From Octopus sinensis (Eukaryota), in NCBI RefSeq assembly GCF_006345805.1, contig NC_043012.1, positions 32,674,001 to 32,738,000 of the forward strand: a stretch of 64,000 bases of DNA. Reading direction: 5' to 3'. The position numbers were made by a program, and so were the translations under genes. Positions 38,751 to 50,074 of this stretch are shown in pieces. The notes below the pieces were generated by a model, which was not told where the DNA came from, searched no databases, and saw nothing but the letters and a program-made list of their open reading frames with translations. Position 1 is the first letter of the stretch. Each line of letters opens with the position of its first letter.

Positions 38751-40021
38751 ACATTCTGCTCAATACCACAGATTTGCTTGTCTTTTGCTTGACTATAACC
38801 ACTTGAGCATGTGCCTTAGTAGCTGACAATATGTGCATCTCTTATGATGAGCAGGAGTACTTGGGGAGCATCATAGCCATGTGCTGAGAAGGATTCTTTG
38901 GAGTTTGAATACATGTAGCAAAAACAAAGTGTGAAGGACATATTAGCCATTTTCCATACTTTCTAGGGGTAAGCAAGTAGCAAATAACAGAAGCTACTCA
39001 AGGACGAAAGTCGTGTCACACAGTGTAATACCTGAATCTAAAATTCCTTCCAGAAGAGACTTCGCAGACTCTTGTGATTGATGCCCAGAATCGTTTCCAG
39101 CCAGTTGTCAGTCATATCCTCCAGAGGATACTAAGGTTGACTTTTCACAGACTATTTAACACACTCACTCTGTTCCAGCATGGAAGAAAATGGACAGAAA
39201 AGCCAACGAGATGATTAAGATGATAATGAACGAAGCAGTGTTGCTGCTGCTGCTGCTGTTGTTGTTGTTGTTGTTGTTGTTCTTCTTCTTCTTCTTCTTC
39301 TTGGTGGTGTAGGAAGTTCATTGGTGGTATTGGTGTTAACAGTATTAGTGATGCTGGTAATGATAATGGTGTGGTTGTTGTTACTACAACTGCTGGTGGT
39401 GATGGTGATGGTGATGGTGATGATGATGAAGAATGTATATAAAATTATTCAATAGTATCAGATAATGTGTCAAAATTACTGTGTTGGAAAAGTTCAGGTT
39501 TTATTGCAATTCGTGCCTCCATAAATACTATGTTTAAACAGTTATGAAGGTACATCTGGTAAACATTTGAGATGGTATAAAATGGCCTGGCAGAGAGTAG
39601 GAGAAACAATGGCAAGAGGGTGGTGAGAATGGCAACGGGCAGCATAACTAACTTAATTCCATCATGACTTATTCACGCAGAATTATTGAATGTAATTAAA
39701 AAGGTGGAAATGCGGAGAGAGAGAAGAAAGGGGAGGAAAAGAGGGGCGAGAGAGAGGGTTGAAGATGGGGAAGAGTGAGAGAGGTAAAAGCTGACTGAAA
39801 GTGAAACAAAGAGAAGAATAGGATGAAAAGAAAAAGTAAACGAAGTCCTTTACAACAATGTGTGCTGATTGTATGTAAGCATCTGTCCCTTGAGTATGCG
39901 AGTAATTATTTATATGATGAATATGTATGTATTTGATTTTTTGTAAGCATGATGTGTAGGGTTGTATGCAATATATATCTTTCTGAATACATACATACAT
40001 ACATACTTATACATATGTATA

Positions 40022-40255
40022 TATTTCTTTACTGCCCACAAGGGGCTAAACATAGAGGGGACAAACAAGGACAGAAAAAGGGATTAAGTCAATTACATCG
40101 ACCCCAGTGCAAAACTGGTACTTTATTTATCGACCCCGAAAGGATGAAAGGCAAAGTCGACCTCGGCGGAATTTGAACTCAGAACGTAACGACAGACGAA
40201 ATACCGCTAAGCATTTCGCCCAGCGTGCTAACGTTTCTGCCAGCTCGCCGCCTTT
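40022..40255 (-). mobile_element. Young SINE S2
   Basis: Intact head GGCGGCGAGCTGGCAGAAACGTTAGC on the minus strand. Confidence 0.9.
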
Positions 40256-40279
40256 TATTTACACATGTATATATGAACT

Positions 40280-40720
40280 GTAATTGCTAGAATAAGAATA
40301 GGGTGCAAAAAGTTTAGAGAGCTCTTAGCTCTGTTGGCAACCAGAGCTCACTCTCTTTCTCTGAGTGAAAATAAGATTGTATGATGCATGTGTATGAACT
40401 GCAATGCTACTTGGGACCATGAATGCAGAGGACATGCAAAGGTCAGAGAGGAAGGAAGTTAGTATACTCCACTGGATGTACAATGTCAGTGTGCATATGC
40501 AACAAAGTATTAGTGCAGCATAAGACTGCACTGTTTTGGTCATATGATGTGTCTGGATGTGAACAGTTGTATAAGAAAGTGCTGATCACTTAAAGTGGAA
40601 GGAACTTGTGGCAGAGGGAGACCCAGAAAAACATGGGACAAAACACTGAAGGCTGATCTCAAGGTGCTGAGCATTACAAAGTAGATGACAAAGGACCAAG
40701 ATCCTAGGTACTTTGCTCTA
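40280..40720 (+). mobile_element. Degraded RTE C-terminal fragment
   Basis: ARIRI..KKFRELL, YDACV and GRGRPRKTW remnants. Confidence 0.75.
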
Positions 40721-40964
40721 CTCTAGAACACTTTACTTTCCCTCATATTACCCACTTCCCTGACGCTGTTTCTGTTAGTCTTTCCTTTGCTACCTTCACT
40801 CCTTTTTTACTGTGAAACTGTGTAACTCCACTAAAAACTATCTTGAACCCTGCTGAACTGTTTAAACCATACAGATACGACATATGGATCAGCCTACACT
40901 ATTCCTGGGCCCAACTACTCCACCTACTCTCTCATCATTACTATTATCACTTTATTATTTCTTT

Positions 40965-41185
40965 ACTGCCCACAAGGGGCTACACACAGAGGAGACAAAC
41001 AAGGACAGACAAAAGGATTAAGTCGATTACATCGACCCCAGTGCGTAACTGGTACTTAATTTATCGACTCCGAAAGGATGAAAAGCTAAGTCGACCTCGG
41101 CGGAATTTGAACTCAGAACGTAGCAGCAGACGAAATACTGCTAAGGATTTCACCCGGTGTGCTAACGATTCTGCCAGCTCGCCAC
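40965..41185 (-). mobile_element. Young SINE S2
   Basis: Family match. ATCACTTT occurs on both sides and is a probable TSD. Confidence 0.88.
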
Positions 41186-41539
41186 CTATAATCACTTTGT
41201 ATCCTCCCTCTCTCCTTCACACTATTTCCTGACATTTCTCTTCCTCTTTTCTCCTCTGTCTCCTTCATTACTCTTACACCAACACTTTTCTCTCACTTAT
41301 TCTCTCCACTACCATCCTTGCACTACAATAATTCTGTTCCATCTTTCAGGAAGGCTTTCTCTTGCATTGCAAGCTACAAGTCGACCCCCATCAGTGCCAC
41401 AAATGCACCAGGTAAACTCTGTAAAGCAGTTCGTGTTTGGAAGGACATCCAAGTGTTAGAAACCAAACCGAAATGGAGATTAGAGCAAGATGAGGTTCTC
41501 AGATAGTTAGACACATTTGTCGAACTGTCCAACCGTGTA

Positions 41540-41845
41540 AAATGATGATGATTCATACATACACACACACATGCACACGCAAATACACACACATTCAAAC
41601 ACACACATATCCCCCCCACAGACACACACATTTACACACTCACATACACACAAACAAATTTCACATACACATTCAAACATACTCACACATATTCACATAC
41701 ACACTGTCATACACAAATACATATTCACACACACAAAAACACACATTCACATATATACATAAAAACACACATTAACATACACACAAATACATACATATAC
41801 ACCACACACAAACACACACATACACAAACACACACACAAACACCC
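41540..41845. repeat. Degenerate (CA)-rich microsatellite
   Basis: Seen directly. Confidence 0.9.
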
Positions 41846-43327
41846 ATCTTTCATAATTGAGTATGGCTTAGTACTAGCATATGCCAGGATTCTACTAATG
41901 ATTTCAGATGGCCATCAAGTTGTAAAGAGACGCACTCTCTTGATCTTCCATTTCTCTCACCCTTGATCCACACAAAAGAATAGATCCAGAATGTAACGAC
42001 CGGTGGTAGAAAGGCCTCCTGCACTAAGGTGGTTAGTATATGTATTAGTCCCAAAAGAATGAAAAGCAAAGTCGACCTTGGTTTAATTTGAATTCAGAAT
42101 ACAGAGAACCAAATATCACAAAAGACCACAATACATCACAATAGATTGATCTGCCTGTTTCATACAATTGTTAGACATTCATCAGGGAAAGAATGCACAG
42201 TTTCCATCAACAAAGAGACTAGAAGCTCATAAATATGACACATGTGTGAATGGTTACAATATTTTGTGTATGTGTGTGTGTGTGTGTGTATGTGTGTGTG
42301 TGTGTGCGTGTGTATGTGTGTATGTATGTATGTATGTTGAAAGGTAGATAGGTTGATAGGTAGGTAGCTGTACTAGTTGACAGATAGTCATGCCCTTTCC
42401 TCTCTCTCTCTCTCTTTACATACGTTTGTATGTTTGTTAGAATATACTGGGATATAGGTCGGTAGATAAGTAAATATATTTGTGTACATCTAAAGTTTTT
42501 TTTTTGGACATATGGCTGCACATATGCACACACCCAACACACACAAATACAACACAAACATCAGAGCACATTAACTTGTGTGTATGTGTCTGTATGTATG
42601 TGAAATATGTGATGATATCTTGAGTCTTTGCTGTATCATAAACTTCTGCCTCTAAGTGGATCATATATATATATTTATTTCCTGTGATGGCCATATAATC
42701 TTGTTTTGGTAAGATTATGTCAATAGATGTGTACTGTTAAGTCCAGCATTGGATCTGGTACAATGACTACATGAAACCCATTTATGTTGTTTTTACAATT
42801 GTGGAAGGGTTCAGTCCCATTGATTGGTGCTTTGAGCAAGTGACTTCTACTTTAGCCTCAGGCCTTGTGAATGGATTTGGTAAATGGAAACTAGAAGAAG
42901 CCCATCATGTGCATGTGTGTGTGCATGCGCGTGTGTCTCTATGTCTGTGTTTGTCTTCACCAGCACTTGACAACTGGTGTCATTTTAACTTGCTGAGTTT
43001 AATTACCAATTGGATTACTTATTGGATCTCAGAACATAACAGCCATAGCTTAGTGAGGGTGAATACCAGGACTTGGCATTCATTTACACATGCCACACAG
43101 ATTCTCTTTTAGTTTGTCCTTGAAGTGGAAAAAATTCCCATGAGTCATATGTAAGGCAACTAGTATCCTGACTTCTCCATATGTACCATGTGGTTTACAC
43201 ATACAGGTTGTGTAGGGTGGCCTTGGAGCTTTGACTTCCCATGTGTACCATGAAGTTCACCTAAACGGATTGTGAGGAGTAGCATCAGTATTTTTGACTT
43301 TTACACATGTATTATAAGGTTGACTGC

Positions 43328-43870
43328 TCATCATCATCATTCATTGTTCAACCGTGGTCGAGACAATGGAATTTACTATGTTACGCCAGATTTCACGGTC
43401 CATCATAGCATTACGGAGGTCCCATTGCTGGATGCCTGTATCTCTGGAGATTACATCAGAGTAGGAGAGTGTGCGCCCTCTGGTATTGCAAGCAGATGGC
43501 TTCCAGAGAAGAGTAGAAATTGCCTCGTTTTCAGCTCTACAACAATGTCCAGCAAACTGGACTCTTCTACCTTTCACAAGAGATGATACAGGTGGTAATT
43601 TCCCATATATTTGTACTTTGGTTGGATGACGCTTCCACGAGAGATTTTGAGCTCTCATAAGGAGGCGAGTGTAAGTTCCATCCAACCGCCTCTCAAGCTT
43701 CTTTGATAACGTCCAGGTTTCTGAGCTATATAGTAGAATTGGCTCGACTGTGGCTTTGAAAATTTTAAGTTTGAAATCTCTACTTAGATTTGATGACCAG
43801 ATCTTATGCATATCATAATGTAGTGTCTGATGGAATAGGACACTTTAACCAGGTCTTTATCCATCTTTTC
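43328..43870 (-). mobile_element. 5'-truncated LINE of a second RTE-like family (ORF C-terminus with (GAT)n tail)
   Basis: Open 156-aa frame: FKATVEPILLYSSETWTL..RRVQFAGHC..AMMDREIWR. The stop is followed directly by the tail. Confidence 0.88.
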
Positions 43871-45070
43871 CATGTATGTATGTATGTATGTATGTATGCA
43901 TATATGTGTGTGTGTGTGTGTATGCGTGTGTGTGAAGAAAAAAGCTGGACAAACAATTATAGAATGTAAGGAATCATCTGTATTACAATATGAAAATAAT
44001 ACTTTACAGCTGTTTCAAAGATTCAGTGATTGGTTGATGTTATAATGCATATTATGCAAACAATTGTACATAATGAGGTAATACTACACACAGCAAATAA
44101 ACAAAACTATTATCAACTTACACGAAGTCTTATACGTGAATATCTGTAAGCAAGAATCTCTGAACATTTTCTTCAGAAGAGTGTTTGCGCAACTTTATAA
44201 ATATATCATTTTTTGCATCCTTTTCAGTTTTCCTTTCTCTTCCATGTTTCTGTCTGTCTTTCTTTATTCCTTGTCCACTCTTTTTCCTGGTTTTACCTAT
44301 TCTTCCTCTACTCTCTCTATGGCTTTCTCTCTATCTCTCTCTCTCTTTCTTGTATTTATTCATTTACTCACTCTTATTTCTTCTATCTCTCTCTCTTATT
44401 TCTGTTTTCCTCTGCCTTTCTTTGAAATGCTGTGTAAAATCATGACAATGAACAGAGCCAGAACAAACAAACAATCAAACAACCAAAAAGATCGATGGAA
44501 TTGGTTTCCGGTAAAGTTTGGACCAACATCTTCAGATATTTAAACACTTCCAGCCTGGACTCCAAACTTCAAAGTTGTCCCTTTGCAGAAATAACATCAA
44601 AGCCTATCTCTGGTTTTCACACACACACACACACCTACACACACCTCTACACACACACACAGAAGCACTCACTCTTTCTCTCTATCTCTCTCTGCCCATT
44701 TCTCTCTTTCTCCTCTTGTCTATTTTCTTCTGTATATGCTTAGGAAGCAATTGGATGCATCAAATATACATACTTTTACAATCCCCAAATTTGTCAATAT
44801 TATCTATTTTACAATAAGAGCCTGCTTCTGTGCCAAATTTCATCAACCTAGTTTTCTACAACACATTTTTTATACACTAGTTTATACACCTCTTCTCCTT
44901 TAACACATTTTTATAGATTTCTTTTGGTAAATGTATTAAAACTGTTATGTAATGCCGTGGATCTGTATTGTCTGATAGAGTCACAGAAGCACTGATGAGA
45001 TATATAATGTGTCTCGGGTTTATTTAGACAAGGCAGAGACTGTCCTTCTCCAGAAACAGAGACAGATAGA

Positions 45071-45122
<52 letters not shown>

Positions 45123-45252
45123 AGAGAGAGCGTCAACTACAGTATAGAATTGTTACTTTATTTATCAACCACAGAAAAGAATAAAAGGCAAAGCAGACCT
45201 TGGTGGAATTTGAATTCAAAGGAGACTGCAATAACTGTTGTAATGCAATCTA

Positions 45253-45284
<32 letters not shown>

Positions 45285-45291
45285 TCAATAT

Positions 45292-45338
<47 letters not shown>

Positions 45339-45346
45339 TATATATA

Positions 45347-45505
45347 GGGAAAGTTTACGAAAAAAACAAAAGACGAAGACAGGTGGTGTACAAAACAAAT
45401 AGATGTATTAGCATAGCACTCAGGAATAGAAAAAGTCTTTTACGTTTCGAGCCTACGCTCTTCTACAGAAAGGAACACAGAAGAAACAAGGAGAGAAAAA
45501 AGGAG

Positions 45506-45506
<1 letters not shown>
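45347..45506 (-). mobile_element. Short (AT)n-flanked Penelope-like element with a hammerhead-like motif
   Basis: Bounded by (AT)n and (AC)/(AT)n tracts. Contains the motif at 45435-45473. Confidence 0.6.
45435..45473 (-). ncRNA. Minimal type I hammerhead ribozyme motif with variant core CUGUAGA
   Basis: CTTT-CTGTAGA-A-GAGC-GTAG-GCTC-GAAAC-GTA-AAAG: stem I CTTT/AAAG, perfect stem II, palindromic AC/GT stem III and GUA cleavage triplet. Confidence 0.65.
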
Positions 45507-45536
<30 letters not shown>

Positions 45537-46248
45537 CATATACATATTTATTTTGTCCAAAGAGTTTTTCAATGAGTGTTTTACCTTTTTTGACTACACC
45601 CGGTGTGTGTACTTGCTCACATTCATACATGTGTCTGATAGCATTATACACACGTGTCAGACAGCCTTATACACACACACAAATGTCAGATAGCGTTGCA
45701 CACTCACACACATATGCTTGCACACACACACACACACAAGCCAGGTCAATGTTGCCTCTCTTTCCACTTACAACTCAAGCCAACTTCTTCCTTTTCTGGT
45801 CATTTCAGCAGGGGGTGACCATCTAATTGAGACATGTTTTTTTCTTTTCCCCCTTTTTTTTTTTCCCTCCTCATCTATCCTTTTCATAGAAGACCCTATG
45901 CTTGAAACATTAAAGACTTCTAATTTTTCTGAGCATCAGTCAAATACATTCAGTTTTTCTTTACTTCTTTTGGACTCATCTTATTTTTAAAAAAAATATA
46001 ATACACACATACATATAGTAAAACAAATATAGCAAAAGAAAGAAAATGTACAAAATTTATATAATTTTTATACATTTTATAAGATAGAATAATTATATAA
46101 TCTACCAGTTTCACATTTTGCTAACCAATAGCTGGGAAATTGCTGAAAATATTGCAATTTCATAGTATCTTAAGAAGTTTTTTAATTCATGTTGGTTGCA
46201 TGAGAGTTTGTTCTTAATACACACACACACACACACACACACATACAT

Positions 46249-46290
<42 letters not shown>

Positions 46291-46293
<3 letters not shown>

Positions 46294-47500
46294 AGAAAAA
46301 CTAGAAATAGTTGATAGTTTCCGTTACCTAGGTGACCAAGTCAGCAGCGGGGGCGGGTGTGCTGAAAGTGTAACTGCTAGAGTAAGAATAGCTTGGGCAA
46401 AGTTCAGAGAGCTCTTACCTCTGGTGGTGACAAAAGGCCTCTCGCACAGAGTGAAAGGCAGACTGTATGATGCGTGTGTACGAACAGCCATGCTACATGG
46501 CAGTGAAACATGGGCCGTGACTGCTGAGGATATGCGTAAGCTCACTAGAAATGAAGCCAGTATGCTCCGATGGATGTGTAATGCCGGTACTCACACTCGG
46601 CAGAGTGTAAGTACCTTGAGAGAAAAGCTGGACCTAAGAAGCATCAGTTGTGGTGTGCAAGAGAGACGTTTGCGCTGGTATGGTCATGTGGCGAGAATGG
46701 ATGAAGATAGTTGTGTGAAAAAGTGCCACACCCTAGCGGTTGAGGGAACCTGTGGAAGAGGCAGACCCAGGAAAACCTGGGACGAGGTGGTGAAGCACGA
46801 CCTTCGAACTTTAGGTCTCACTGAGGAAATGACTAGAGACCGAGACCTCTGGAAGTGTGCTGTGCGCGAGAAGACCCGGCAGGACAAGTGAGTCCACAAC
46901 CCGTGGCCTTCTACATGGGATGGAGCCAGCCTACGTATGCATACCTTCCCTTCTTGGGACACAAAACTCTACTTGTGAAGACGTGTTGAGGCAAGTGAGG
47001 ATCAGAATCGAAATCGATCAATGGAAATTGCGGATGTGCTACCAGTGCCGGTGGCATGTCGAAACTCTGCTTGTGAAGACCCATTGAGGCAAGTGAGGAT
47101 CAGAATCGAAATCGATCAATGGAAATCGATCAATGGAAATTGCAGATGTGTTACCAGTGCCGGTGGCATGTAAGAGAACTTTCCGTTTCGCGACCGTTGC
47201 CAGCACCGCCCCGTTTCGTGTCCGTTGCCAGCCTCGCCTGGCCCTCGTGCTGGTGGCACATAAAAAGCACCATCCGTTCGTGGCCGTTTGCCAGCTCTGT
47301 CTGGCACCAGTGCGGGTGGCACGTAAAAAGCACCCACTACACTCACGGAGTGGTTGGCGTTAGGAAGGGCATCCAGCCGTAGAAACACTGCCAGATTTGA
47401 CTGGGCCTGATGAAGCCTTCTGGCTTCACAGACCCCAGTAGAACCGTCCAACCCATGCTAGCATGGAAAACGGACGCTAAATGATGATGATGATGATGAT
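46291..47500 (+). mobile_element. Young 5'-truncated RTE (thumb region and full 3'UTR) inserted in (AT)n
   Basis: GEKLEIVDSFRYLG through an open C-terminus ending EKTRQDK* (46891), then a (GAT)n tail. (AT)n on both sides. Confidence 0.95.
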
Positions 47501-48255
47501 ATATATATATATATATATGTATTTATGTTTCTTTTCTGTGTGTATTCTACTCACAAGGCAAAGCATTCCTAAATGCAAAGTCAGAAATCCGGGATCTAGA
47601 ATTATCCAGTAATTTTTTACTAGCTTCATCTTGTCTTTTTGTTTTCTCTCCATGTTGATATATGGACAATTAAGGTGTTTTTAGTGTCAGATCATGGCTG
47701 CTATTTTCAGCATGGTGGTATCTGGTAGATACGCTAATTTATAATTTTAATAATTATTACCTTTGAAGGTTATTTTTTCCATGCTGATCACTTGATAAAA
47801 TCGTTATTTTATTTTTAAATTAACGATCTTATCCTTATTTATATATATATATTTGTATATATATATATATATATATGTACATACACACATATATACACAC
47901 ACATATATGCACACACACACATATGGATGAGTATATGTGTGTGTGTGAGCACATGTTTGTATATATGTGTCTATGTGTGTCAGTATAAGTGCACCTGGCA
48001 CAAAACCCACACCAGCACAATATGAAAAAAGAAGTGTTTGGATGACCCATGGTTGACCCAATTTCCCTTGAACTAAAACCATTTAGCATAAGATAGAGAC
48101 AATTTATTTATCAAATAATAATACACATCCAAAATCTGACTTATACTCTAACAAATTCTTTAAGCATCCCTACATTTATCCACCTACTTTTCACTAGTTT
48201 GTATACAAGTTAATAATTACTTAATAAGATCATTACTAAGGTCATTATTGCTTTC

Positions 48256-49240
48256 TTAACCCTTCGTTAGTCACATGGAATTTGTTGTCACCCCCAATTT
48301 TTTTAAATGCTTGTAATTTTTAGTTGGCATCTTATTTTTTTATTTTTATCCCTTCCTCTACTTTTCTGATTCAGTGAGGGTATGTTGCAGGTGGTGTGGC
48401 GCAGTCGAGACTTACTTGTTTTGGGAGGTAGATGTTATTTTTGTCTATGCACCCCATGTCACTAACACAGTTCAAGCTCTGATTCGACAAATATTGTAAT
48501 GGAAATTGCCTGTTATGTTATTTTTTTATGCTAATATTCATCATAGATATTAAAATCATCATCATCATCATCGTTTAATGTCCGCTTTTCATGATAGCAT
48601 GGGTTGGACAATTTGACTGAGGACTGGCGAACCAGATGGCTGCACCAGGCTCCAATCTTGATCTGGCAGAGTTTCTACAGCTGGATGCCCTTCCTAATGC
48701 CAACCACTCCAAGAGTGTAGTGGGTGCTTTTACGTGTCACCGGCATGGGGGCCAGTCAGGCGGTACTGGCAATGACCTCGCTCGAATCTTTTTACACATG
48801 CCACCGGCACAGGTGCCAGTAAGGCGACGTTGGTAACAATCACGCCTGAATGGTGCCCTTTTACATGCCACCGGCACGGATACCAGTTGGCTGCTCTGGC
48901 AATGATCACGCTCGGATAGTGCTCTTGGCACCCTACTAGCACAGGCATTCCATAAAATGGTATGTTCTGTGGGTATTTTCAAAATAAATGTGATGCGAAT
49001 CGAAGATTTTTTTAGTTTTTCCTTAATTTTATAATATATTTTATTGTATTGTTTTATATTAATATAAATCAGCTACAAGGGTTTTAAACTTCTCAGCAGT
49101 GACTGTAGATATATCCTGAACCAATAGAATGACTATATTTTACATAATACTAAAACTATAAACATTTTTGTATTGGGGTGTGCAAACACCTCATGTGACT
49201 AACAAAATTCGTAAAGGTCAGGTGACTAACAAAAGGTTAA
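48256..49240. mobile_element. piggyBac-like non-autonomous element with a nested RTE 3'UTR (48557-48948, -)
   Basis: TTAA-CCCTTCGTTAGTCAC ... GTGACTAACAAAAGG-TTAA (13/15 TIR match), with a subterminal GTGACTAAC repeat at about 49195. Confidence 0.75.
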
Positions 49241-49258
49241 TAGAATTTCCCTTAAAAT

Positions 49259-49456
49259 CATCATCATCATCATCGTTTAATGTCCGCTTTCCATGCTAGC
49301 ATGGGTTAGATGGTTCGACTGGGGTCTGGGAAGCCAGGAGGCTGCACCAGGCCCAGGCTGATCTGGCAGTGTTTCTACAGCTGGGTGCCCTTCCTAATGC
49401 CAACCACTTCGTGAGTGTACCAACCACTCCGTGAGTGTATAAACCACTCCGTGAGT
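49259..49456 (-). mobile_element. RTE 3' tail with a triplicated 20-mer at its 5' junction
   Basis: AACCACTCCGTGAGT(GTA) x3 at 49401-49456. Confidence 0.85.
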
Positions 49457-49959
49457 ATTTCTGAGAAATAGATTCAAAGAACAATTATACAGAGTTTTAT
49501 TTTATTGATGGATGTAGAGCCTTTGTTATAAACTTTGATATTTTCTTATAAACTAGGCAGCAAGCTGGCAGAATTATTATCATGCTGGACAAAATACTTA
49601 GCAGCATTTTATTTGTCTTTAAGTCCTGAGTTCAAATTCCACCAAAGTTGACTTTGCCTTTAATCCTTTCGGGGTCAATAAAATAATTACCAGCAGAGCA
49701 CTGGAGCTGATGTAATCGACTTACTCCACTCCCAAAATTTCTGACCTTGTGTCAAAATCTGAAATCAAAATTTTCTTGTGGAATCAGTTCTTCTTGTCCA
49801 GTTATTTTCTGCGGGATCAGATCAATTCCAACCAATGGCTAAACAAGAAATTTTTATTCACTATAACATCAGTCTCCTGAAGATCAGTAAAAAGAAGCTC
49901 TGGTAATGGTTCACTCAGATTCAGTTTGGAATACATATAGTTTCTTTTGTTCTATTTTG

Positions 49960-50007
<48 letters not shown>

Positions 50008-50074
50008 CATACATATATACATATACACACACACATATATATATATACATACATATATACATATATATAAATAT

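Noticed and set aside
44992-45030. CTGATGA followed by a weak stem
   Set aside because: No GAAA after the stem and no stem I/III, so not a hammerhead.
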